Below, piece by piece: positions 10,960 to 23,555 of a DNA stretch of 64,000 nt. Under the pieces are notes generated by a model, which saw only the letters and a list, made by a program, of their open reading frames with translations, searched no databases and was not told the DNA's origin. Position 1 is the first letter of the stretch. Each line of letters begins with the position of its first letter. The stretch comes from Selaginella moellendorffii (lineage: Eukaryota > Plantae > Lycopodiophyta). The position numbers were made by a program, and so were the translations under genes. The DNA lies in NCBI RefSeq assembly GCF_000143415.4, contig NW_003314307.1:1034952-1098951 (forward strand), given 5' to 3'.

Positions 10960-12265
10960 TTACTTCCTTCGCCTACGAGGACCTTTTTCTTCGGAATCAG
11001 ACTCGACTTCCTTGACCAGCTGCTGCTTGTTCTCGTTCTCCTCCATTCTCAGCTTCCGGAGATCGCCTTCGATGGTTCCTTCTTCCGGAATCGACCTCGA
11101 CTTAAGCATTGCTACCACCTCATGCATCGTTGGCCGGTGCTCTGGCAAGTTCTGTGCGCACAAGGCGGCAACCTGGATCATCCTCGTCAGCTCTTCTCCG
11201 TCATACTTCCCCTCCAGCTTGGGATCCGCGAGCTCGTCGAATCTTCGCTCCATCACCAGCGGTGCGGCCCACTGGATGATGCTCCGCTTCTTGCCGGGAC
11301 CAATCTTCTCGATCGGCTTTCTACCCGTCACCAGCTCCAGCAGCAGGATTCCAAAGCTGTAGACGTCGCAGCTCTCCGAGACTTTCCCCCACATTGCGTA
11401 CTCAGGTGCTAGATATCCCAGCGTGCCTTTGACGCGGGTGGTGAGATGAGTGACGCCGTCAGGGATGAACTTGGCGAAGCCGAAGTCGGCAACCTGAGCT
11501 TGGAAGTTCGAGTCGATGAGTATGTTGCTGGCTTTCACATCTCGGTGTATGATATGTGGATTGGCAGTGTGATGCAAGTACCTGAGAGAGCCACACAGGA
11601 GAGAAGAAAAGAAGGTATGCACGAAGCTGTAAGAGGTTTGAAAGAAACTTACGCTAATCCTTCTGCAGAACCGATGGCGATTTCCACTCGCTTCCTCCAG
11701 TCGAGGAGCTTGTCCGACGAGAAGTGACCGTGGAGGTGCGACAGAAGGCTCAGGTTTGGCATATAGTCGTAGACGATCAATCTCTCCTCGCCCTCAGCGC
11801 AGTAGCCACGCAGCTTTAGCAGGTTTTTGTGATGCAGCCGTCCCAACGTCTCAACTTCCACTGCGAATGACATCTCGTTGGTGGTGTTCATCACTTTGAG
11901 CCTCTTGACGGCGATCTGGAAACATGAGGTAGGGAGAGAGACTCAAGGCTCTTCTTTTGCTGCTAATCAAAGTTTTATTTTTTCACCTCAGATTTGTCGC
12001 CAAGCTGGCCGTAGAAGACGCTCCCAAAGCCCCCCTCGCCGAGCTTATTCTCATAGCTGAAGTTGTTCGTGGCGAATTGCAGCTCCTTCAAGCTAAAAAT
12101 CTTCCACGTCCTGGCGCTCTCGTCGTCGTCCCTGGACAAAAGCCCCTCACGGGTATGAATTCTGCTGGCCGGCACAGAATCAATCAATCCCTTTACTCAC
12201 TTCATACTCCTTCCAGCGTAGCAGCATCCGGAGCTCAGCCTTTTGGTTACCCAAGACATATTCAT
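10960..12265 (-). CDS. PTI1-like receptor-like cytoplasmic Ser/Thr/Tyr kinase, multi-exon
   Basis: WKIFSLKELQFATNNFSYENKLGEGGFGSVFYG, IAVKRLK, HRDVKASN, DFG, GTLGYLAPEY, DVYSFG. The likely first exon MNMSWVTKRLSSGCC.. is uncertain because it needs a 36-nt intron. Confidence 0.9.
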
Positions 12266-13988
12266 TCGCAACTTCATCACTCGCTTGCAACGACTGATGC
12301 TGATGATCATATCCATCGTCTCCTCGCCGTCATCACCATCGCAACAGAAGATGAGAGCCAAGTCAATACAGCGCTTTGTGCATAGTGCAACATACCAAGG
12401 GCCACAGCTGGCCGGGTGCTACACAAGGAACAGTCGAGCGAACGCTATGAGCTCTACCACCATTAAACTAATCGGATACTTCCAAGGAACAGGTTTGCTA
12501 AGACCGATGCTTTGTTTTGTGTCGCTTTTGATTGTTCCCCTGGATCTCACCACCGCTTTCGTGCAGTATTCTCGCTTCTTTTCTGGCCAAGGATGTGCAT
12601 AAAACATCCAGGGGGAGCTCGTCGCAGGATCAGCGAAAGAAATATAGAGCGCGGACAAAACTTTTGGTAATTTAGCGGCGCTTAGACGATCTTAACAGGA
12701 TCGAACACGTCCTTCCTGTCCTCGACCCAGGGATCTCGCAGGTACGCAGTGGCAAAGTTGCAATCTAGAAAATCTAGAAGACGAAGACTCTCTTCGTCGA
12801 GTTTCTTCCTTGCAAGTTTGGAAAAGCTACTTGATCCTCTGCGTTGATGGGTTTGGTGTTCTCTTCTCTCAAGGTAATGCTCTTTATATCTTTTAGAGTG
12901 TTCTTCTATTGTATCTTTCAAATACAGATGGAAGAAAACAAGTAAAGCTAAAACAAAAGACTTAAAAAAAGATGAGTTATTAGAACAATTTCTCTACAAA
13001 TATTCAATACACAAACCAGAAAAAAAATTCATTCACCCTCAGAATTGAGAATCGGTCTCACCAGAGGATGCATTTGTGCCATGTACACAATAGCCCACCT
13101 AGAAAAAAAAAAAAAACCAAAGCTCCCATCCAGAATGAAAAAAAAAAAAAGAGAGAGAGAAAGGCAAGAAGAACTTACAAGAGCCAGCAGCAAATTGCAG
13201 CAACAATCACCAATGTGATGTGTAACCTAGGTGGGAGTGTGAGTGAGATTTTGGCCAAGAGGTTCCAATCTAGAAATCTTCTTACAGATTTGCGGAAGGC
13301 CCCTTGTTGAAGAGGACGCGGACACTCACAGATCCGAGCAGCGCCGCAACGAGGAAGACAAGGCTCGTCTCCGCGAAATTCATCCTGCAAGATAGGGAAT
13401 AGAACAAACCCTAAAATGTAAGCTTTTGTCTTTGTCTCACTTCGTTTGAATTCGTTTGACTTTGCACGCCATTTTAGAAAACCTGTAGTGCACAAAACTC
13501 ACTACGTACTAGTCTATAAACTCACTTCAGGGTCAAACTCAGGGTTCACTTCCATATCTTCATTTAATACCATTTCTTCCTTTTCTTCTTCTTCTTCTCT
13601 ACAAGAGGGTGACGCAGTGGAGGAAGTGCTCATTTGAACAGTCTTCCCATAGGAAGTTATTGTGGCTCTTGGTTTCATATGACTTATGTGAACTGGGATG
13701 TTGTTTGATATTGCTCAAAATGCAGACTTGGAATGGTGGGACTATTTAAAAGCACAAAACGCTATTATATTTGGTGTCTAATATGTTTTTTTTTTTTGGA
13801 CAAAACTCAAGCAACAGATGTAACTCTCCAACAGGATACAAAAGTCAATGAAAGCTATCCGTTGCTTCTTGTGTCTGCAACCACAGTCCACACTCTTCTC
13901 TCCATCAAACAGCTCTCTTGCCGCCTTTTCCCCCTTGGGATGACAATAGCAGCGACTGTTATTACAAAGACCACCACAACGTTTTCAG

Positions 13989-15060
13989 TCACATAGTAAA
14001 CATAGGCTCCAATGCGATTGAACTCTCTCCAGATGAACAGTACCCTTCAATACGTTGTCTCGTCAGTTTCCCCGAGAAGATGTCCACCGCGTCAAGATCC
14101 GCAACCACGTCCACACACGGGAGCCTGGGCTTCAGCAACTTCAAAACCGAGAGAGTAGCACTCATCGCATTCCAACCAACGCGTGACAGGTTGTCGTCCT
14201 TGGCAATAACCTGCATGAATTCACCAACAAATCTTTATGGAGTGATAAATCTTGCGCGCCCAACCCCGAGGACATAGCAATGCAAAGAAGGTGTAACATA
14301 CTTAGCCTCACCGACTCGATAGAAAACTTTGCCGTCAAGAGCATCTGAAAGTGGCTGGATTTCTCCTCCTGCCATAGCAGAAAGAAGGCTACGCATCTTG
14401 ACAGCACGGATATATTTGAACAAGTTGTTTCCCAAGCGGGCGATGGAAGCCCTCAGGCATGTCCTCCTGGTAAGGTACAGCTTGACAAGCCTTGGTACCC
14501 ATCCAGTTCTTTTGCAGATTTTACGTGCCACCGCGAGAGGCAACCTTGCAAACTTCGTCTTCCTAAAGCCAAGGTTTTAGAGATTGTTAGCATGAAGGCA
14601 AACTTACAGTGAATCCTCCAGCTCCAACGAGATAGGCTGCTGCGTCTTTAAGTAACCTGCTTCGAGCGGACGCACAAATGATACTTACACGTTCCTTCTC
14701 TAGAGTTTTAGAAGGAAGCGGAAGGCAGCTTCTTTCTCACGCCCCGTTTCATCTGTGTCGCCGTCTTCTCCGTCCAAAGCATTACCGTCGTCGAGGATAA
14801 TGGTCACCGTCTCAGTCCTACGGACCAAAAATCTAGTAAACTCTCTCTCGTTCGAGCAATCCATGTCGTCAAAGCTTCCGGATCTTTGAGGTAAGCCATG
14901 ACCAGTCCCGTGAATAGCACGTCAAAATCGTCACCCCACAGTAACAAGAAGCGTTGGCTTGAAACATCGAGCTTCCTGCCGAAGTGGAGAAAGAAAAACT
15001 TAGCAACAACAACAGAGAAAATGCAGCTCATTACTTCTTGCCCTTCTTGTCCTCCGTTGG
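13989..15060 (-). pseudogene. Disrupted coding relic of unknown family
   Basis: Collinear protein-like ORF pieces (14804-15031, 14235-14543, 13989-14216) broken by stops and frameshifts; includes a Walker-B-like TIILDDGNALD near 14770-14803. Confidence 0.3.
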
Positions 15061-15419
15061 TGATGAAGATTCTTCAATGGCCTTGATGCTTCAAAGATAC
15101 AAGTAACGTACCGCAGTGTTGAGGTTGACAGTCGGGGTGAAGACACTCTAGTATAAAAGAGGTGGAGTAGTGAGCCTGAAAGAATGGTGCTTGCATCCTT
15201 CGAGTTGACTCGCTGACCCTTGACCACTTGACCGCCCTGGTGACCGGATAGCGCTGGGCGCCCAAGGAGGCCCGATAATCTTTTATCACAGAGGACTATG
15301 GTGGATCACCTTGGATCTAAGAACGAAGCTCTAGCATCGAAAAAACAAGATAAATCAAGTCGCTCGAGCTATACTGCAAAAAAGCAAAGAAAGAAAAAGA
15401 CGAGGAGTCTCTTCTTCGA

Positions 15420-17230
15420 TCACAGCACCTCGTCCTCCTCTTTTCTCTCCTTCCTGGCCAACAATTGCGCGTTGAGGATCTCGTTCCACACGTCTGGAAC
15501 ACCCGGCAAGCACCAGTGCAAGCAGTCCTGGATCCCCGGCCTGGCATTCGCAGTGAATCGCGAGAGGTGAGCTTCTCCCCGGAACTGCGACAGGTGCGTG
15601 ATGTTCAACAGCTCCACCCTGGTGTTGGCCACCGCTTCCTCGGACAGCACGTCCCTCGACGGCCTGTTTGAGACGTCCACCCCGAAAGCTTTGATGTTGT
15701 CGCAGCGCCCACCCGAGTTCCAGTCCCCGTTCATGAAGTGCCTGGGCGAGAGAGCCGTGAGAACGCCTCGGAGCTCCGGCCTAGCACCGATCTGCCTGTC
15801 CAGCCACCTCACCACCTTCTTCACCGCAAACTGGTGCGAGTAGCTCACCGATGCGAAGCGGGAGCCTTTGAGCGCCACCTTCTTCCCACCAACGTACATC
15901 TCCCACTTGTTCCCGTTTATCTTCCCCGAGTTCCAGTGGTGTCCCGTGTTGAGGATCACCAGATCCATCCGAGCTACGTTCCTCTTGAGGAAATCCACCG
16001 GCCTGTCCAGATGCATCGCCGCAGCCGAGCTCGGATCGGTCACGTTGTAGAGCTTGATCTTGCAGAGACTAGCCGACCAGTAGAAGAGGATGGTGGTGTT
16101 CGTTTCCGTGAACCTGTATGCCCAGCCATTTGGTCGGAGAGACCATGTAGGCCGCTTGTCGAAACCATACTCCTGTCCAGCATCGGTCGCTACCATGTCG
16201 TCTTTGCCTCGCGTTATCATGCACAAAAGTGACTGAAACTGTTGCCGGCCCAGAGAATCCCCCACGAAAGCGATTGTTTTGTTCTTCCATCTGTTATCGG
16301 ATGATGTTTATTATTAGTAGAAGAACACACTTAGAGAAGCATTTTTACCTTGAGAGAAAAGCCCGGCCATCAAAAGGCGGAAGATCACATCCTTGAGGTT
16401 GCCATCTATACTTCTCGTAATCGAAGTCCTTCCTTCCCTGCACCTTGCAGGCCCACATCGAGGAAAGAAACTGCGAGCACATTTCGCCCGAGTAAAGTGG
16501 TCTGTTCGAGTCGTTCAACCATTTTCCCTTTGAGTAATCACACTGTGGAACTGAAACAATGAATAGTTTAGAGACAAGATGAAAGAAAAACAAATTAAGT
16601 AGTTCAGTACCTTGCTTGTAAACTTCCCTAACAGGAGACGCTTTCCTTGTAGCAAGCTCTGGGAAAAAGTAAACAGCCAAACTTTAGAAAAAGAAACAAT
16701 CGCTAGAACCGAAAACATTCTATAAGATCTAGGAGGGTTTTTTTTTTTGTTTTGTTTTGCGGTTCTAGATTTTTAAATTCGAGGTAGAGAGATTTGCTCG
16801 ACCTGAAACCGTGCTATTTAGCAACTCCATGATGCTGCCATCGTGCGAGACAGCAATCGATTTGGAGAATCTAGATAGATCGAGTGCCCCCGCAAACAAA
16901 GCTACATTCATGAATGCCAGTAAAGGAAAAAAATCTAAAGAATGCTCAGCCTAGAATCCAAAAAGCTGGACAAAACGTACCAAGTTCCAGGCGAAGCCCC
17001 GGCCCCCATGCTCTCGATCCGAGCACACTCGCTGCCGGCGATCCCTCCCACCCGAAAACCACGATGAATCCACACAGCACCGCGAGCATGAGGACAAGCG
17101 CGCGCCTCGCTCGCATCCCATACAAGATCGCTCCTCCTCCGCCGCCTCCTCCCGCCTTGAAATGCTGATCGGAATCCCTCTTTCTCAGCTTCTCGCCCGG
17201 GATCAGCACCATGATCGCCAAGAACCTCAT
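15420..17230 (-). CDS. TRICHOME BIREFRINGENCE-LIKE polysaccharide O-acetyltransferase, multi-exon
   Basis: N-terminal TM segment; CDYSKGKW..RPLYSGEMC..WAC..YEKYRWQPQGC (PMR5N); IAFVGDS; DCLHWCLPGVPDVWNE (DxxH). Confidence 0.95.
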
Positions 17231-17608
17231 CGCTGCCGATAATCCGCCATCGCTTGCGCGAAATCTTCGCCCGCGCCACAAACCCTAGCTACGACAACAA
17301 AGAAGCCCAGACCCAAGGCAAACCAACGCAACAACTGAAGCTCATGAGACAGGTAAACCATCAATATTTTTACTCGCTACGCGTTCCAGCCATTAACTGT
17401 AGAACGGTAAGATTTTGCAATCACGTACTATACGAATATTCTCTGCCACCTGTTTCCTAACGGCCGGATTCGTAGGGTAAAATGGAAATATCCATACGAA
17501 TATTCATTCTACCTGTCGTGTAACGGCCGGTTACCGGTTCAGCCGGTTTGCGCGAGGCATATTCTAATGCCGTGTTCTTCGCGTTTAGGGTTTTGTTTCG
17601 AGGGGGCG

Positions 17609-17945
17609 ATGGAGAGGAGGGATTCGCTGCTGGTCATGGCGCTGATTTTTGTACTGTGCTTCGTCGTCATGGCAGTGCGTATGCCAGTTCCTCCTTCATC
17701 GGTCACAGGTTTGTGGATCTTGCTCGATATTTCGCGGAATTTTTTTGATTTTGCTAGTGCTAGACGGCGCCGAGGCCAGGAGCGATGTTACCAGGAGCCA
17801 CATCTTAGCTGAGATGGAGAAATTGCGGATCCAGGGCAAGAAGTACACGCCGCGATACTACAAGCCGGGCGCATTCGCTGCTAATGCCGCCAGTGGCAAG
17901 CAAGGGATCCGGCGACGCAAATCTTCTTCTTCTCCAGCAGAATAA
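17609..17945 (+). CDS. Predicted small secreted or membrane-anchored protein (95 aa), 2 exons
   Basis: ATG 17609, hydrophobic LLVMALIFVLCFVVMAV, and a 49-nt GT-AG intron (17709-17757) that joins in frame to VLDGAEARSD...SSSSPAE*. TTTAGGGTTT lies just upstream. Confidence 0.6.
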
Positions 17946-18194
17946 AATTCCGGGTGAGCCGATCGCCTGCATTGCACCATCGTGTAGATATATGACCGCT
18001 GCATCCATGTATAATATTTTTCTTTCTAAGTCTTTGATGGAGGATTGGTGACACCGATCTTCTCACTTTTGGATTCTCTTTAGAAATTTTTGCTAGGATA
18101 GGTAGGGTGCATCTCTTTCACTGCGAGCTTCCTAGCGCTTGCCGTGATTCTTTTCTAGTGAAAGAGTACAAGCATTTTCTACTGCCTGTCATCT

Positions 18195-19724
18195 TCAAGC
18201 TGCTACAGGCACAGCCATCACTGACTCGTTTTCCAGCGCTGGCCTTTTCACGACTTTGGCAGAAGACCAGAGATCAAGGATCACGTACAGGGGACTACCG
18301 ACCAAGAGTACTGCGAGCTGGATCCAGACTTGAAGTGCGATCCCAGAGTTTTTGGAGATCGGGAACAGGATTCCAATCCAAAAGGTGGAGGCAGCGCCGG
18401 CGGTACCAAGCAGATTGAAAACAGCCCAGATCTCGGGTTTCTGGCCGTGGAAGATCCTAGCAGTGATGGCGAAGACATGGCTCGTGAGAACGCCATCCGC
18501 GATTCCAAAGAGAAGTCCAGCGACGTAAGCCAGCAGCGGTGCTCCCAAGAATGGAATCCCGAAGAAGCAGCCGATCTCGTAGTTGGAGATACGCCGGTGA
18601 TCTTGGAGTGGGAAACAAGCCATTAGTCCTGCTCCGCTGGCTGCTGCTCCCACCAAGAAAGTTGGCGTCCCACAACGTAGGAGATCCGACAACCAGCTCA
18701 AGAAAAAGGATCCGATCACTTGACCGATTCCCGTGAAGAACAGGACGATTCCGATGGCGTTTGCTGGCAAAAGCTTGGTGAACTCGCCAGTCCAAAACGC
18801 TGTTTGGCAGCCCAGGTAGCAAGTTATTGGCAAGAGAAGAACGAAGGGGAGCAGCGTCCGCCAGGTCAGGCTTTTCTCTACGTCTTGGTCCAGATCCTCC
18901 AAGCAGGCGGAACACTTGATCGACTCTTCGTCAACTTTCTCTTCACCACCGCCAGAGACTTCGGCTTTGTCAACCCGGTGACCAACTTTGTCAAGTTCAT
19001 CACTTGCCGCTCGATCAACATCATCGACCAAGAGCAAAACGAGAACACCGACGGTCGCACTGACGCTTCCTAGGCCGAACATCGCCGACTGGGAGAGAAA
19101 CCTGAAGACCATGAACGCTGCCAAGTTTCCAACGATGCTGGAGAGCGAGCAGATCCCCCAGAAGACTCCGGTGAAGAGGCCGCGCTTGGAAGGTGGCGTA
19201 CACTTGGTGAGAAAGGTTCCCTGCGCGACCCAAGTCAAGCTCGCTCCAAAGCCACACAGGACGCTGGAGCCGAGAACCATGGACCGGTTTGGCCTGACGA
19301 GCGAAGCCAGATACGTCGCGTGAGCCAGGCCGCCTAGCATCATCGAGCGGAGCTCGCCGATGGAGGAGACGATCGTCGGGGCCGCGAGAGTGGAGGCACA
19401 GAGAGATGCTTGCAAGAGGAACAGGGACTTGTCGCCGAGGTGGCCAGGGAGAAGCGAGGTGATGTACTCGGAGAGAGCGTCCATGGCACTGTAGACGCAG
19501 AAGAAGGAAGCGGCGAGCTTTGCGACGGTGGAGATGGAGGAGTTGCAACTGGGCGATGATCGGGATTCCTTGGAGCAGCAGCAGCATTCTCTCTGGCGGT
19601 GGAGTGATTGGAGCGGCTGGAACCGATCGTTCTCCTCTAGATCGTCCTGGTGGTGGTGGTGATCGTGATCGTGATCCTGGTGATAACTTCCGAGAAGAGG
19701 AGCTTCCAGGATCGACGCCGGCAT
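18195..19724 (-). CDS. UNC-93-like MFS membrane protein, intronless
   Basis: 509-aa multi-TM ORF with GFGASLTWVAQGTFLT and GLFTGVFW..SSIVGNL, typical of UNC-93/MFSD11. Confidence 0.82.
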   Translation of the reverse strand: MPASILEAPLLGSYHQDHDHDHHHHQDDLEENDRFQPLQSLHRQRECCCCSKESRSSPSCNSSISTVAKLAASFFCVYSAMDALSEYITSLLPGHLGDKSLFLLQASLCASTLAAPTIVSSIGELRSMMLGGLAHATYLASLVRPNRSMVLGSSVLCGFGASLTWVAQGTFLTKCTPPSKRGLFTGVFWGICSLSSIVGNLAAFMVFRFLSQSAMFGLGSVSATVGVLVLLLVDDVDRAASDELDKVGHRVDKAEVSGGGEEKVDEESIKCSACLEDLDQDVEKSLTWRTLLPFVLLLPITCYLGCQTAFWTGEFTKLLPANAIGIVLFFTGIGQVIGSFFLSWLSDLLRCGTPTFLVGAAASGAGLMACFPLQDHRRISNYEIGCFFGIPFLGAPLLAYVAGLLFGIADGVLTSHVFAITARIFHGQKPEIWAVFNLLGTAGAASTFWIGILFPISKNSGIALQVWIQLAVLLVGSPLYVILDLWSSAKVVKRPALENESVMAVPVAA

Positions 19725-20294
19725 GCTGGGAACAATGGATTCGATCGATCAAGCGTGCATGCAGAGATTGGTACTTAGAGCCAAGGATCGAGGAAGGCAT
19801 GCAAACGAGGATGTTTTTTTTTTTTTTTTGTTCCTGGCGCTAAAGCTGGAGTTCCGGAAAGGAAAGGCCAGGTGACTGGAAGACGAAGACGGAATGTGTG
19901 GTGCAATCGCCACCGTTGGACTTGCCCGAGTTGATCGGACGGTCGTAAGTTTGGCGGTCGCAGTCTAACGTTATTCCATTGATGGTTCGTTTTATCCAAT
20001 GTGATGGATCGATTCATGTCAAGACACAACATAGATTCGATCGCAACATTCACGGCATGAGGAGACAAACTAACAAGTTGTGTCGGTAGCATTCTTTTCG
20101 GAAGCGATCGACGCAATGTTGGTGTCATCCCCGCCCCTTGTAAAATATCCACAATCGGACCATACTATGATCTTTGGTTGCCCGAAAGGAGAGGTTTGAT
20201 ATATGGCAAAGTCTGCGCAACTTTAGCCTGACGTGCCAACTAACAATACTTTTTTTCTCTAGGGTAAAGTCAGCTGAATGGCAGCATTGTGACC

Positions 20295-20317
20295 AGATTC
20301 ATTGAATGCCCTGGACG
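20295..20317 (+). promoter_or_regulatory. UPE-box-like sulfur-deficiency element upstream of SULTR
   Basis: AGATTCATTGAAT-gcc-CTGGACG matches AGRTWCATTGAAYCTRGACR except for a 3-nt insertion. TATA-like TTTATAAG lies ~60 bp downstream. Confidence 0.45.
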
Positions 20318-20925
20318 ACGACTTTCACTCTTCGTGCGTGCATGGCTGGCCCTCGTCACAGTTGGCAATCCCTCCTCTTTATAAGAGCCCTAAAATCTCT
20401 CTAACACGGAGCTTTATAAAAATCTTGCAACCTAAAGGGATTTATAGCACTGTCGGAAGGGGTTTTTGGATTGTGGCCAGGCGCCAAATGATCTCTTCGT
20501 GTGCTTCGAGGCGATCGAGTCATCGATTGGCATAGCAGGCTTGGGCATCGCGGTGAGTGCTCATGCATGATGGCATTGGATTGGATCATAGTTTTGAGAT
20601 CGATCGATCGATCGCGTGATCGATCGCGTGAAGTGATCGATCGATTCCGCTGGTCCCGGGTCCTTTTGTCGGTGTGGTTGAAATAAAGGTCGCGGCGGCG
20701 CCGTGTGTAGACTGGCTTCAGTGGACCTCCCGACTGGGACGTACATTTGAGAAATTTCGTTTCCTGTTCTTGGCAGTGTTCTTGGCGTCTTCGCATATGA
20801 TATGACTTCTTTTGTTGGTTTTTTCCTTGTCCACCCATCGAAAGCGAGAATCTCAACTCTTTTTCTCCGTGTGCGCCAGGTCTAGGAGGAGTTTCTCGAT
20901 CCCTTCTCGCTTGTAGCTCGATCAA

Positions 20926-23555
20926 ATGGCGGGGTCAGTCCACACGGACGACAGCGACTCGGAGCGAGCAGCTCGAAAGCCGAGCGATGGCCAGCGCCCG
21001 GAAGAACTCCCTTTTGTTCACAAAGTAAGCGTTCCTCCTAGCACTCCGCTTCACAGTGGCATCAAAGATACGATCAAGGAGACGTTCTTCCCGGACGATC
21101 CTTTCCTCCAATTCAAGAACCAGACCAAAGGGAGGAAGTTTGTCCTCGCAATTCTCTACGTCTTCCCGATCCTGGAATGGGGGCCAAAGTACCGGCTCAA
21201 CCTCTTCAAGCGAGACTTTGTCTCCGGCCTGACGATAGCCAGCCTGTGCATTCCACAGGCAATGGCTTACGCCAAGCTTGCTCACCTCCCGCCCGAGTAT
21301 GGACTTTGTAAGTTCTCCCTCTTTTGACTTTTGATGCCCTGTCTTTCAGACATGGAAAGGCTAAAGCTCGGTTTTTGCAGACTCGGATGTTATTCCACCT
21401 TTCGTCTATGCGGTTCTAGGAAGCTCAAGGCACATCGTCGTCGGACCGGTTGCTGTGGTGTCGATTCTCTTGGGAACTCTCCTGAATGCCGAAGTGAACT
21501 ACAAGAAGGACCTTGCGACTTACCTTCAGCTTACATTCACTGCTACGTTTTTCGCGGGGCTAATTCAGGCTGGACTCGGGTTCCTCAGGTTGACCTTTAA
21601 GTTTACAGAAGACAAAACGGTTTCTAACAGCGTCAGTCGTCATTTTCAGGCTGGGATTCATCATAGACTTCCTTTCTCATGCCGCTGTGGTTGGATTCAT
21701 GGCGGGCGCCGCCATCACTATTGGCCTGCAACAGTTGAAAGGGCTGTTTGGAATCACGAACTTCACTACAAAGACTGACATCGTCTCAGTTTTGAAATCC
21801 GTCTTTAGTAACACCCACCAGGTTCTCTATCCTTTTTCTCGTTTTTTTCTTCTGCGGACACACTAAAAATGTTTGGCGATGCAGTGGAACTGGCAAACTA
21901 TCCTCATCGGTCTTTTCTTCCTCGTGTTGCTGCTCGCTGCCAAGTTTATTGTAAGTCAGATTGAGGTTCCTTTCATTCTGTCTTTCTTAACTTTGCTGGA
22001 TTTCAGAGCAAACGGAAGAAAAGCTGGTTTTGGATCTCGGCAATAGCACCGTTGACTGCAGTTATCCTGTCGACAGCTTTCGTGAAAATCACGCGTGTTG
22101 ATAGGCATGGAGTTATCACGGTACGCTGCTGAACTTCGTTTATTTTTGTTCTAAATTTGATATTTCAGGTCAAGCACATAAACAAGGGACTGAATCCTTC
22201 TTCGGCTCACTTGATTCATTTTAGCGGGGACCTTGCACTGAAAGGAGTTAAAGTTGGCATTGTGGCCGGATTGGTCGCTTTAACGGTACGAAGACTGGGC
22301 CAATCGCATTGACATTCTCATTTTCATTTTCTCAGGAAGCTATAGCCGTAGCAAGAACGTTTGCTGCGCTTAAAGACTACCACATTGATGGAAACAAAGA
22401 GATGATAGCTCTCGGGTCGATGAATATGATCGGATCATTGTCCTCTTCCTACGTTACTACAGGTACTGCCTTCTATTGATTGTGATTTGCTTAACAAGTG
22501 ATCGATTTTGTTTCAGGTTCATTCTCTCGCTCGGCAGTAAACTACAACTCTGGTTGTAAAACTGCGATCTCAAACGTAGTTATGGCAGTAGTAGTAATGA
22601 TCGTCCTCCGTTTTCTGACACCTTTATTCTTCTACACTCCGAATTGCATCTTGGCTTCGATCATCATAACAGCAGTTCTCAGCCTCATCGATTTGAAGGC
22701 AGCAAAACTCATATGGAAGATTGACAAGTCTGATTTCCTGGCATGTATGGGTGCCTTTTTTGGTGTCGTTTTTGTCTCCGTCGAAATTGGCCTTCTCGTG
22801 GCGGTAAGAGTAGTGTGAGATGCGCAAAGAGATTTTGTCTAACCGGTTTGAAACTTCTCGCAGGTCTGCATTTCGATGGCAAAGATTTTATTACATGTTA
22901 CACGACCTCACACCGCTGTTCTAGGAAACATACCAGGAACTACTGTTTATCGCAACGTTCAGCAGTATCCCGAAGCATACAAAATCCCAGGAACTCTTCT
23001 TGTCCGCGTTGATGCCGCCGTCTACTTCTCCAATTCTAACTACATCCGTGAGAGGTTTGCGAGTTCAAGTTGTCTCCGAATCCTTACTGAAAGCTTTCCG
23101 CAACAGAGTTTTGAGATACGTGAACGAAGAGGAGGAAGTGATCAAGAAAGCCAACGGAACCTCACTGCAATACGTTATCCTCGACTTAACACGTAAGTAC
23201 TTTGACTTCTCCAAGACAGACTTTCACCCATGGGTTCTTTGCTTTGCTTCGCAAACTTCACAGCGGTTATGAGCATCGACACAACAGGAATCCATGCGTT
23301 CGAAGAGCTACTGAAAATACTAAGGAAGCGGGGCCTACAAGTGAGTTCTCTAAATCGAAGATCACTCCATTTAATCCTGATGAAACTCCTTGGAATTTTT
23401 TTTCGCAGCTAGCGATTGCAAACCCAGGCTCCGATGTCATGGAGAAACTCCACATTGCCAAGTTTCTGGAAGAACTGGGCGAAGAATGGGTGTTCCTAAC
23501 GGTAGGACAGGCCGTACAAGTGTGTACCAGGCTGCTCAAATCAGCCGATGTTTAA
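20926..23555 (+). CDS. Sulfate transporter (SULTR group 1/2-like, SLC26 + STAS), multi-exon
   Basis: [79 protein letters not shown] motif [12 protein letters not shown]. Confidence 0.96.
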
